A DNA stretch of 59,440 nucleotides, counting the filler. It is 4 parts of 4 records of this genome, joined end to end, with 100 filler letters (N's around TTAATTAATTAA, not from the genome) between each part and the next. Parts side by side here need not be neighbours in the genome. Positions count along the whole stretch, not along the records: positions 1 to 29,855 come from SRR20825019_21; positions 29,956 to 45,725 come from SRR20825019_24; 2 more parts are not named here. One strand, given 5' to 3'. Under the pieces are notes generated by a model, which had not been told where the DNA came from, made no database searches, and saw only the letters and a list, made by a program, of their open reading frames with translations. The translations under genes and the position numbers were made by a program. This document shows positions 21,635-29,957 of the stretch, in pieces (position 1 is the first letter of the stretch; each line of letters begins with the position of its first letter).

Positions 21635-22009
21635 ATGAAAAACAAAATCCTAAACGTGGCTTGTATCCTATTTGCCCTGATGATGGTGAATTCAGGACTC
21701 AATAAGTTTTTTAATTATATGCCCATGCCGGAACTTTCAGAAGAGATGATGCAGGTGTTCGGTGCTTTGATGACCATCCAATGGCTATTGCCCCTTGTGG
21801 CGTTGGTCGAAATAATCGGGGGCATTCTATTTGCCATTCCCAAATTTAGGGCATTGGGCGCCTTAGTGATATTGCCTGTCATGGTGGGAATAGTGATCCA
21901 CCACTTGGTCCATGACGTGGCCGGTGTGGGAGTGGGGCTTATCATGTTTCTCATCAATCTCTGGGCCCTTTGGGAAAATCGGGTGAAATACGCCTCGATC
22001 GTATCCTAG
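21635..22009 (+). CDS. DoxX-family membrane protein
   Basis: SGLNKF, EIIGG.L and P.MVGI..HH; 4 TM segments. Confidence 0.85.
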   Translation: MKNKILNVACILFALMMVNSGLNKFFNYMPMPELSEEMMQVFGALMTIQWLLPLVALVEIIGGILFAIPKFRALGALVILPVMVGIVIHHLVHDVAGVGVGLIMFLINLWALWENRVKYASIVS

Positions 22010-22081
22010 ACATGGAGTAGCTGGGTCTCATCCCATAAATTGGTTTGAGGGAACCAATCAATGGACCATGTGAAAAAATCA

Positions 22082-22117
22082 ACCGGAAGCTGCTAATTAA
22101 AACTGGCAACTTCCGGT
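22082..22117. terminator. Possible terminator hairpin between convergent genes
   Basis: ACCGGAAGCTGC ... GCAACTTCCGGT inverted repeat. Confidence 0.35.
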
Positions 22118-22288
22118 CTTTACCCTCTATCCTTAGCGATTTACATCCCATTTCCCTCAAAACTATTTCGTCACCCTTTCTTACTGAATTTGTGACGAAA
22201 AATAATTTAAATAATGTCCGATGATTTTGTCCTATCTGTACCGCTACCTTTGCATGCGGTGCCTGACACAAAAATTGTTCGGTTTCAC

Positions 22289-22573
22289 TCAATCCAAGAC
22301 CTCCACGGTTCTTGAAAGAATGACTATGGGCTCCATATCCCCAAGAATCTCGTTGATTTCCAATTTTACCCTGTCCCCTACTTCAACTTCCACATGATTG
22401 CCGTTTGGGATACTTATGACGGTGGTGTACTCCGTTCCCTCAGAATCCACAAGAAACAGTGTTTTACCATCCTTCCCCTGTTCAATCTTCGTTATCGAAA
22501 AAACAGTCTCCCCACTTGGATTGTTGCAGGAGGTAACCAGAATAAGCAGTAACATTAGGATTTTGTTGTACAT
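22289..22573 (-). CDS. Hypothetical lipoprotein
   Basis: Signal peptide with VTSC lipobox; small beta-rich mature part. Confidence 0.65.
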   Translation of the reverse strand: MYNKILMLLLILVTSCNNPSGETVFSITKIEQGKDGKTLFLVDSEGTEYTTVISIPNGNHVEVEVGDRVKLEINEILGDMEPIVILSRTVEVLD

Positions 22574-22697
22574 AGTTTGTGTTTAATATGTTTCAATTAT
22601 ACTAATAAATACCCTTTGTGATGAAAATTACCATATAATAAGGTTTGATGACCTTGACACTTTCATGGCCAAAGTTAAATTATCGGTTTATTTTCGG

Positions 22698-22730
22698 AAA
22701 ATAGAAGGGCCGGGGCAATGCACCCGGCCC
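22698..22730 (-). terminator. Rho-independent terminator after the esterase
   Basis: GGGCCGGG-N8-CCCGGCCC stem followed on the minus strand by TTCTATTTT. Confidence 0.6.
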
Positions 22731-22756
22731 AAACCGACCAACATCAATCATCACTT

Positions 22757-23782
22757 TTATTTCAAATATTTTCTTAGTTCAGCTGCAGCATGGTCCAACA
22801 TCGCCTTGGTGGAAGGTTGGTTGGCCAGAGCATTCAACAGTCCAAAGTCATGTATGGTGCCATTGTAGCGAACAGTGGTCACTTCCACACCGGCCTGATC
22901 CAGTTTGCGGCCATAGGCCTCTCCTTCATCCCTGAGGATATCGTTCTCGGCAACCATGATCACAGCGGGTGGCAATCCTTTTAATTCCTCAAGGCTTGCC
23001 TGAAGCGGTGAGGCATAAATGGACTTCCTTTCCTCTAGATCAGTGGTGTATTGGTCCCACATCCATTTCATAATGGGCACGGTCAAGAACCTATCGGTTG
23101 CAAATTTCCTGTAGGATTCTTGGCTGAATGTGGCATCGGTCACAGGCCAAAGTAGAATTTGGGCCTTGATTTCCGGTCCGTTCTCTACCTTTGCTTTGAG
23201 GGCCGTAACAGCGGACATATTTCCTCCCACACTGTTTCCCACAACGGCCAATTTACTTCCATCCACGTTGATCTCATCCCCATGCTCGGCCACCCATTGG
23301 GTTGCGGCATAGATTTCATTGATGGCGGTTGGGAACTGGGCTTCGGGTGAAGGGGTATAGTTGACAAATACGGCAACAAATCCAGAACGTACCACTAAGT
23401 CCCTGACCAATCTTTTGTGGGTGGGATAGTCCCCCAATATCCATCCACCTCCATGAATGAACATGAATACGGGCAATTCCCCCTTAACCCCGCTGGGACG
23501 GACAATATTTAATTTGATCTCATGGCCATTGGAAAGAATTGTTCTTTCAGATTCATCGATACCACTAAGGTCCACTTCAAAAGCTTCCTGTGCACCTATC
23601 AAAACCTGACGGGCATCCTCTTTGGAAAGTGTTTCCAATCCAGGTCCCTCAGAGGAATTCAATACGGTCAAAAAATCCTTGACCCCTTGATCGAGGTGGG
23701 CATCGGTTCTGTAATCCTGTACTTGTGCATTCACCGTTGTACTCATAATTGCTAGCATTAAAGGTTTAATAATTGTTTTCAT
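22757..23782 (-). CDS. Alpha/beta hydrolase (HSL-family esterase), secreted
   Basis: HGGG oxyanion motif, GNSVG nucleophile, D.LRDEG and HDF; signal peptide ending NA|Q. Confidence 0.9.
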   Translation of the reverse strand: MKTIIKPLMLAIMSTTVNAQVQDYRTDAHLDQGVKDFLTVLNSSEGPGLETLSKEDARQVLIGAQEAFEVDLSGIDESERTILSNGHEIKLNIVRPSGVKGELPVFMFIHGGGWILGDYPTHKRLVRDLVVRSGFVAVFVNYTPSPEAQFPTAINEIYAATQWVAEHGDEINVDGSKLAVVGNSVGGNMSAVTALKAKVENGPEIKAQILLWPVTDATFSQESYRKFATDRFLTVPIMKWMWDQYTTDLEERKSIYASPLQASLEELKGLPPAVIMVAENDILRDEGEAYGRKLDQAGVEVTTVRYNGTIHDFGLLNALANQPSTKAMLDHAAAELRKYLK

Positions 23783-23889
23783 TGTTTTATTTTTTTAGGT
23801 TCTTTTATTTTGATGGTTCAAAGGTCATTCATTTGGAATATATAAATCAAATTAATAATATTGTGTTGTAATTAATATTATTTATAACA

Positions 23890-24861
23890 TTGACCATACA
23901 ACAGCTCCGGTACATTGTCACATTGGAAAAAGAAAGACATTTTGCACGAGCGGCAGAAAAATGTCTGGTCACCCAACCGGGTCTGACCATTCAATTGAAG
24001 AAATTGGAAGAGGAAATAGGCATCAAGATCTTTGACCGCTCCCAAGTACCCTTGGTGCCCACCCCATTGGGCATGGAAATCATTGCAAAGGCAAAAAAGA
24101 TCCTTCGTGAAGTGGATACGGTCCGGGACTTTGTCATCGAACAAAAGAACATATTGAAGGGGAAGGTCCGTTTGGGCGTGGTTTCGACCTTATCCCCTTA
24201 TTTGATCCCCCTTTGTTTAAAGAAGTTCCAAAATACCATGCCGGAGGTCAAGTTCAACATTTCCGAAGATTCCACGATAGGTTTGATGAAGGCACTTGAG
24301 ACCGGGGAATTGGATATCGCCTTGATGGCCACTCCAACGGGTAACCCCAACTTAAAGGAATTCCCTGTCTTCAATGAACCCTTTATGGCCTATTTGCCCA
24401 TGGACCATGGACCATTGAGGCAAAACTCATATATCCTAGTAGATCGGGATCGGGACAGACTTCTGATTTTAGAGGGTGAATTCTGCTACAATTCCCAACT
24501 ATTGGACATCTGTAGCCTGGACACCTCGAATTCCCTTCATAATTTCTCCTACGCGATCAACTCCATTGAGACACTCAAAAACATGGTCCGGCAAGGGTAT
24601 GGATTTTCCATAGTCCCCTGGTTGTCCACTTTTAATGAAACCCACTCGGATAAGGCCAAATGCATGCCCTTCAGTGCCCCACAACCCGTCCGTGAAATCA
24701 GCCTGGTGACCTCGGATACCTTTTCCAAAAAACTTTTATTGGAAAAAGTGGGCCTGGCGATATGGGAAAGCCTTCCAGAGCCCCTGAAATCCGAAACAGC
24801 ATACAAGAAAGTCAGGTGGGATGATTCTCCCTACTTCTCAAAAAAAACCAATTATCGGTAA
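23890..24861 (+). CDS. LysR-family regulator, OxyR-like
   Basis: TTG start. HFARAAEKCLVTQP HTH; TLSPYL; C-x8-C (FCYNSQLLDIC); P.REISL. Confidence 0.88.
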   Translation: MTIQQLRYIVTLEKERHFARAAEKCLVTQPGLTIQLKKLEEEIGIKIFDRSQVPLVPTPLGMEIIAKAKKILREVDTVRDFVIEQKNILKGKVRLGVVSTLSPYLIPLCLKKFQNTMPEVKFNISEDSTIGLMKALETGELDIALMATPTGNPNLKEFPVFNEPFMAYLPMDHGPLRQNSYILVDRDRDRLLILEGEFCYNSQLLDICSLDTSNSLHNFSYAINSIETLKNMVRQGYGFSIVPWLSTFNETHSDKAKCMPFSAPQPVREISLVTSDTFSKKLLLEKVGLAIWESLPEPLKSETAYKKVRWDDSPYFSKKTNYR

Positions 24862-24895
24862 AACGACCATTACAAATTCCAATGGCTTGCAGCAT

Positions 24896-25045
24896 TGAAA
24901 AAAACGGGCATGGTATACCATCTTCGCCGGAAAAAAATGAGCTCAGCATAATAACCAACAAAGTACAGACCTACAATCTACTACAACGAAATATGGGGTG
25001 GTTCATTTTGCCGTTTTCAGTGGCTCCCATTATCCGTCACATGCA
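24896..25045. mobile_element. Miniature IS21-like element (MITE), copy A, 150 bp
   Basis: TG...CA ends, ~48-bp imperfect terminal inverted repeats with internal CGG-N9-CCA units; aligns with copies B and C. Confidence 0.7.
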
Positions 25046-25085
25046 CTCTAGTAATTTATTTCAAACAATGAATACCAACATTAAG

Positions 25086-26009
25086 TTAATTGAACGACTT
25101 CCTAAATTCCAAGGGAGAAAGGTTTGTTTTTGACTTAAACAATCGATTGAAAGATTGTGAATATTCAAAACCAAGTTGGTAGGCGATCTCACTAATGGAT
25201 AAGTCCGTTGTTGAAAGTAATTCCTTGGCTTTTTCAATCAACTTATCGTGTATAAACTGTTGGGCATTTCGCCCAGTTAGAGAGCGGAGCATATCACTTA
25301 AATAACTGGGTGTAAGGCCAACTTGGTCTCCCAAGGATTGAACGGTCGGAATACCACTGTTTAAAGATTTTGAATCGTCCAAGTAGTCATTTAGATAAAT
25401 TTCCAGTTTTTGAATGATATCATTGTTTATCGCTTTACGGGTTATAAATTGACGTTTGTGGTATCGGTTTGCAAAATTCAATAGCAGTGCTATTTGCGAA
25501 ATGGTGACATCCTGACTAAAATCGTCAATTCGGCTATTCAACTCTGTTTCGATCATTTTAAAAATAGAAATAATGGTATCCTTTTCTTCCAGGGAAAGAT
25601 GCAAAGTCTCATTGGTAGAATAGGAAAAAAAACCATATTTCTTGATTTCTTGTGCTATTGGGTAGCCGAGAAAGAAGTCTGGATGGATAAGTAGCGTGTA
25701 TAAGGAGCAATCCACGGCAGTGTTATCATCAACATAATTACCCATAATCTGATTTGGAGAAGCAAAGAGCAATCCTCCTTCATTGAAATCGTAAAACCCC
25801 CGGCCATATTTTAATTTACCACTTTGTTTGGGTTTATAGGATATTTTATAAAAGTTAAGAACGTGTGATCCGGATGGTGGCTTAATATCATCACTTTCAG
25901 CTCCATTTATCAGACTGATAAGTGGATGCCTCGGCTCGGGTAGACCAAACGCTCGATAAGCGTCCGAAATGGAGCCAAACTTATGAGGATGCATTTTTTC
26001 CTTCTTCAT
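25086..26009 (-). CDS. AraC-family transcriptional regulator
   Basis: YGRGFYDFNEG and EIAYQLGFEYSQSFNRLFK. Confidence 0.92.
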   Translation of the reverse strand: MKKEKMHPHKFGSISDAYRAFGLPEPRHPLISLINGAESDDIKPPSGSHVLNFYKISYKPKQSGKLKYGRGFYDFNEGGLLFASPNQIMGNYVDDNTAVDCSLYTLLIHPDFFLGYPIAQEIKKYGFFSYSTNETLHLSLEEKDTIISIFKMIETELNSRIDDFSQDVTISQIALLLNFANRYHKRQFITRKAINNDIIQKLEIYLNDYLDDSKSLNSGIPTVQSLGDQVGLTPSYLSDMLRSLTGRNAQQFIHDKLIEKAKELLSTTDLSISEIAYQLGFEYSQSFNRLFKSKTNLSPLEFRKSFN

Positions 26010-26086
26010 AACTCAAATTTAAGATTATGATAACCGATACCAAATTAAGTACCGGTTATTATAACTCCTTCTAATGTTTTTGTCAT

Positions 26087-26959
26087 CTAACCTTGGGCCG
26101 AACGAGATATGGCATCCCATTCTTCCCATACTTTCAGACGATTGTCATAAGCCTTTTTTACCTCAGATAAATTGTTGCTTCCCAAGTGAAACCTTAAGGG
26201 TGGATTGGCTGCATCTACTATCTTAAAAAGTGCTTGGGGCGTAGCCTCGGGATTCCCCCGTTCCAAATTGCTCAGACCCTCAAAAAACTTGGCTTTAAAA
26301 TCTCCATAAATTTCCTTCCCTTCAGCAAATTTCAACGACTCCTGGCTTCCAAACTCCGTGGCATAGGCCCCTGGTTCAATAATGGTGACCTTAATTCCAA
26401 ATTGTTCAATTTCTATGGCGAGACTTTCGTGTATGGATTCAAAAGCCCATTTAGAAGAACAGTAGTAACCGATTACAGGATAGGTGATGTGACCAAGGTT
26501 GCTGGATGTGCCAAGTATGTGGCCGAACCCTTGCTTGCGCAGAATTGGAAGTGTTGCTTTGATGACCCCAAGAGGGCCGAAAACATTCGTTTCATAGAGT
26601 GCACGAACATCTTCTGTTCTGGCTTCTTCGATGGTACCCACCAAGGAGTACCCAGCGTTGTTAAGGACAATATCCAGTCTACCGAATTGGTCAAAGGCCT
26701 TATTAACGGCAGCCTTTATCTGTTCGGGTTTGTTAACATCCAACTCAAGAGTGAGCACATTATCACCATACTTTTCTTTGAAGTCGGCAATACTGTCCAA
26801 ATTACGTGCTGTGGCCGCTACCTTGTCTCCACGTTTTAAGGCAGCCTCGGTCCATACCCTCCCAAATCCTCGGGAAGTACCGGTAATAAACCATACTTTA
26901 TTTCCTTTTATCGATTCGGGACCTAAACCAGTCCCTTGGTTTTCATTAGTATGCGTCAT
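26087..26959 (-). CDS. SDR oxidoreductase (17beta-HSD-like)
   Basis: WFITGTSRGFG, NNAG, YCSSK and EPG motifs. Confidence 0.92.
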   Translation of the reverse strand: MTHTNENQGTGLGPESIKGNKVWFITGTSRGFGRVWTEAALKRGDKVAATARNLDSIADFKEKYGDNVLTLELDVNKPEQIKAAVNKAFDQFGRLDIVLNNAGYSLVGTIEEARTEDVRALYETNVFGPLGVIKATLPILRKQGFGHILGTSSNLGHITYPVIGYYCSSKWAFESIHESLAIEIEQFGIKVTIIEPGAYATEFGSQESLKFAEGKEIYGDFKAKFFEGLSNLERGNPEATPQALFKIVDAANPPLRFHLGSNNLSEVKKAYDNRLKVWEEWDAISRSAQG

Positions 26960-26985
26960 TGTATTTCTGTTTTATGATTACAATG

Positions 26986-27045
26986 CAAATGTCCGACAGG
27001 GCTGTTTCCCATTTGTGGCCAAAATCAGGTTAATTGTAACCGTAG
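26986..27045 (-). promoter_or_regulatory. Promoter with paired repeats (SDR-AraC pair)
   Basis: CAAA at 26986, TGTGGCCAAAA at 27014, TGTAACCGTAG at 27035. Confidence 0.62.
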
Positions 27046-27103
27046 TAAGGAAATTAAAATGGGATGGTGCGAAAGGATAGATTATAGGGAATGAGGCTCT
27101 TAA

Positions 27104-27254
27104 TGAAAACGCCGGACATAGTATACCACCTTCGCCAGATAAAATTGGGCATAGGCATATCAACGCCAATTATTTGGAAACCATAATTCCAATACAAAAT
27201 TGGCTATGGCTCAAAATATCCGCTTTTTGTGGTTCTGTCCATCCGTCCTTTTCA
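27104..27254. mobile_element. Miniature IS21-like element (MITE), copy B, 151 bp
   Basis: Left end TGAAAACGCCGGACATAGTATACCACCTTCGCCAGATAAAATTGGGCA aligns in register with the reverse complement of the right end, TGAAAAGGACGGATGGACAGAACCACAAAAAGCGGATATTTTGAGCCA. Confidence 0.72.
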
Positions 27255-27331
27255 CATTGATCACATGAATTTGTGATGGTATATTTGTGGATAGTCACAA
27301 GGACTCCTCTTTTAAATTACTGTAATAATTT

Positions 27332-27366
27332 AAGCACATAATCGGATAATATCCGATTATGTGCTT
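27332..27366. repeat. Perfect 16-bp inverted repeat (terminator or orphan operator)
   Basis: AAGCACATAATCGGAT-AAT-ATCCGATTATGTGCTT followed by GTTTTTTT on the + strand. Confidence 0.8.
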
Positions 27367-27406
27367 GTTTTTTTGCATTAAATTGTTACATTAGTAACCT
27401 GCATGG

Positions 27407-27871
27407 TTAGTATCTTTTTCGGCCCGCAAAACGTACAACAGAGCCTGTCCCGCTATGGTACTTTCCTTCATTGAGTTCTACCTCCCTTTCTTCAAGCACC
27501 AAAACCTCATAATCCTTAAAATCGCCTCGGATTTCCTCAATGGAGAACAACGAATCTAAATTCTTTGGTCCGCCCACATAGGGATTCTTGCTTCTGTATT
27601 CCAAATGGTTTTTGCCAAAGGCCTCAAAAATTATGGTTCCTCCCTTGCGTAAATAGGAATCCATTAGTTTATGGTACTTAGATTTGACTTCAGAAGGAAA
27701 ATGGGCATAGATTAGGGCGATGGCATCAAATGGGTTATTGCTGAAATCCAGTTCTGTCAATTCGCCAACTTGATAATCAATGGACACCTGATTGTCCTTG
27801 GCCAAACGTAGGGCCTTCTTCCTGCCTTCGGCACTAATATCAAAAGCCGAAACCGACCATCCCTGTTTGGC
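27407..27871 (-). pseudogene. 5'-truncated class I SAM-dependent methyltransferase
   Basis: AKQGWSVSAFDIS...FDAIALIYAH...L.KGG.IIFE is a methyltransferase core lacking the glycine-rich motif I. The similarity starts exactly at the edge of MITE copy C; the ORF-track N-terminus is MITE sequence. Confidence 0.8.
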
Positions 27872-28023
27872 TGGAAAAAACGGGCATAGTATACCACCTT
27901 TGCTGGAAAAAGATGAGCAGAGCAAAACAACTAATAAAGTACTGACGCACAACCTACTACAGTCGTATTTTTGATGGCTCAAATTTAACCGTTTTTAGTG
28001 GTTCTCGGTATCCATTCCATCCA
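27872..28023. mobile_element. Miniature IS21-like element (MITE), copy C, 152 bp
   Basis: TGGAAAAAACGGGCATAGTATACCACC...GTGGTTCTCGGTATCCATTCCATCCA; co-linear with copy A over its full length. Confidence 0.72.
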
Positions 28024-28060
28024 GTCTGGTACATTGATAAACTTCAAAATCTAATAATAT

Positions 28061-28214
28061 TGAATGTTTTTTCATTCAATATAACCCATATATTGCAATT
28101 TTGAATGATTTATCATACAAAATAAATGCAATGTAAACACATTTTTTATTACATTTATATTGTTTTTCATACAAAACATATAATTTTAGGTCATTATGAC
28201 TGGTAAATCATACA
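28061..28214 (+). promoter_or_regulatory. Four operator-like repeats in the hipBA-like promoter
   Basis: TGAATG-N6-CATTCA (28061), TGAATG-N6-CATACA (28102), TATATT-N6-CATACA (28156), TGACTG-N6-CATACA (28197). Confidence 0.65.
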
Positions 28215-28543
28215 ATTCTTGGTACTCAATGAGCGATAAATCTTTAAGTGAGGTTATTGGTCGCTTCATCAGGCACCACCGTCTCCAGAAGAACCTGAGC
28301 CAGACAACGGTGGCCCAAAATGCGGATATCAGCCGTTCCACTTTGAGTTTATTGGAACGGGGGGAAACGGTAACGGTGTCCACTCTGCTCCAAGTCCTTC
28401 GCACCTTGGAACTGCTCCATGTGATGGACGTATTCGAGGTAAAGTCACAGATCAGTCCCATGCTCTTGGCCAAAATGGAGCGTGAGCGTCGCAAACATGC
28501 CTCGGGAAAACCCCATAAGGGCCAACAAGAAAGTGATTGGTAA
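28196..28543 (+). CDS. XRE-family HTH protein, HipB-like antitoxin
   Basis: R.HRLQKNLSQ..VA..ADISRSTLSLLERG HTH. Its stop overlaps the hipA start (TAATG). Confidence 0.85.
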   Translation: MTGKSYNSWYSMSDKSLSEVIGRFIRHHRLQKNLSQTTVAQNADISRSTLSLLERGETVTVSTLLQVLRTLELLHVMDVFEVKSQISPMLLAKMERERRKHASGKPHKGQQESDW

Positions 28544-29841
28544 TGGCGACAAGTGCGTTTGTTCGGATTTGGGGCGAATTGGTAGGTGCCGTGGCCTGGA
28601 ATTCAGATCAAGGACTGGGTGTGTTCGAATATGCCAAGGATTTTGATCGGGAACTCTCACCATTAAAGATGCCTTTGAAGGCGGGCAATGGCATATTCAG
28701 TTTTCCAGAACTCAGGGCCGGTCGCAACAGCAGCTATGATACGTTCAAGGGACTTCCAGGCCTACTTGCCGATGTACTTCCGGATGCCTATGGGAACCAA
28801 CTCATCAATATCTGGCTGGCCCAACAGGGGCGCCCTGAGAACAGCATGAACCCAGTGGAGCAGCTGTGCTTCATTGGAAGTCGTGGCATGGGTGCCCTGG
28901 AATTTAAACCCGAAGTCTTGAAGCCAAGAAAAAATACGGTCCAACTCGAGATCGACGGTTTGGTCAGCATTGCCCGAAAAATGCTGGAGAAGCGGGAAGC
29001 TTTCCACGTGAACCTTCAAGATGAGGAAGAGGAGGCCATCCGTAAATTGATCACCATAGGTACTTCTGCCGGAGGTGCTAGGCCAAAGGCCGTAATCGCA
29101 TACAATGAAAAGACTGGCGAGGTCCGGTCCGGTCAGACCAATGTCCCCAAAGGATTCGGTCACTGGCTCATCAAACTGGACGGGGTGAGCGATGTACAAT
29201 TGGGTGACACCCAGGGCTACGGAAGGGTGGAAATGGCCTATTACCTCATGGCCAAGGACGCTGGCATTGACATGATGCCCTGCCAATTGTTGGAAGAACA
29301 TGGAAGGGCCCACTTTATGACCAAACGGTTTGATCGGGAAGAAGGAAATGTAAAGCACCACATACAGACCCTATGTGCGATGAAACACTATGATTTCAAC
29401 TTGGTGAACAGTTACAGTTATGAGCAATTGTTCGAGACGATGCGGGAGTTGCGGTTGGACTATCAGCAGGCGGAACAAATGTACCGGCGTATGGTATTCA
29501 ACGTACTGGCCCGCAATTGTGATGACCATACCAAGAATTTTGCCTTCCGGCTCAAGAAAGGGGACAGATGGGAACTGGCGCCGGCCTATGACATCTGCCA
29601 TGCCTACCGTCCAGACAGTATCTGGGTGAGCCAACATGCCTTGAGCATCAATGGAAAAAGAAAGCAAATTTCGAAGGAGGACCTATTGACCGTGGGCAGG
29701 TCGATGAGCATCAAAAAGGCAAATGACATTGTGGAACATATCCATTCAGTGGTGAGCAATTGGAATACCTATGCAGAACAGGTACAGGTCGAACCTAAAA
29801 AAAAGGAAGCCATTGCCTCGACGCTTATCCGGTTCAACTGA
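28543..29841 (+). CDS. HipA-family Ser/Thr kinase toxin
   Basis: N-terminal HipA coupling region (LPDAYG), TSAGGARPK P-loop, KRFDR, NCDDHTKN and LAPAYD. Confidence 0.92.
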   Translation: MATSAFVRIWGELVGAVAWNSDQGLGVFEYAKDFDRELSPLKMPLKAGNGIFSFPELRAGRNSSYDTFKGLPGLLADVLPDAYGNQLINIWLAQQGRPENSMNPVEQLCFIGSRGMGALEFKPEVLKPRKNTVQLEIDGLVSIARKMLEKREAFHVNLQDEEEEAIRKLITIGTSAGGARPKAVIAYNEKTGEVRSGQTNVPKGFGHWLIKLDGVSDVQLGDTQGYGRVEMAYYLMAKDAGIDMMPCQLLEEHGRAHFMTKRFDREEGNVKHHIQTLCAMKHYDFNLVNSYSYEQLFETMRELRLDYQQAEQMYRRMVFNVLARNCDDHTKNFAFRLKKGDRWELAPAYDICHAYRPDSIWVSQHALSINGKRKQISKEDLLTVGRSMSIKKANDIVEHIHSVVSNWNTYAEQVQVEPKKKEAIASTLIRFN

Positions 29842-29855
29842 TTGACGGAAGACCC

Positions 29856-29955
29856 NNNNNNNNNNNNNNNNNNNNNNNNNNNNNNNNNNNNNNNNNNNNT
29901 TAATTAATTAANNNNNNNNNNNNNNNNNNNNNNNNNNNNNNNNNNNNNNNNNNNN
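29856..29955. other. Artificial contig linker
   Basis: 44 N + TTAATTAATTAA (stops in all six frames) + 44 N. Confidence 0.97.
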
Positions 29956-29957
29956 CA

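Noticed and set aside
27332-27366. dif (XerCD) site
   Set aside because: CATAA and TTATG are present, but the spacer is far longer than the 6 bp of dif and the symmetry is perfect.
24896-28023. CRISPR array or integron attC sites
   Set aside because: The repeats are ~150 bp, diverged and far apart, with no cas genes and no RYYYAAC/GTTRRRY ends. TG...CA termini fit IS21-like ends better.
29900-29911. TTAATTAATTAA repeated three times in the window
   Set aside because: Artificial six-frame-stop linker inside N runs.
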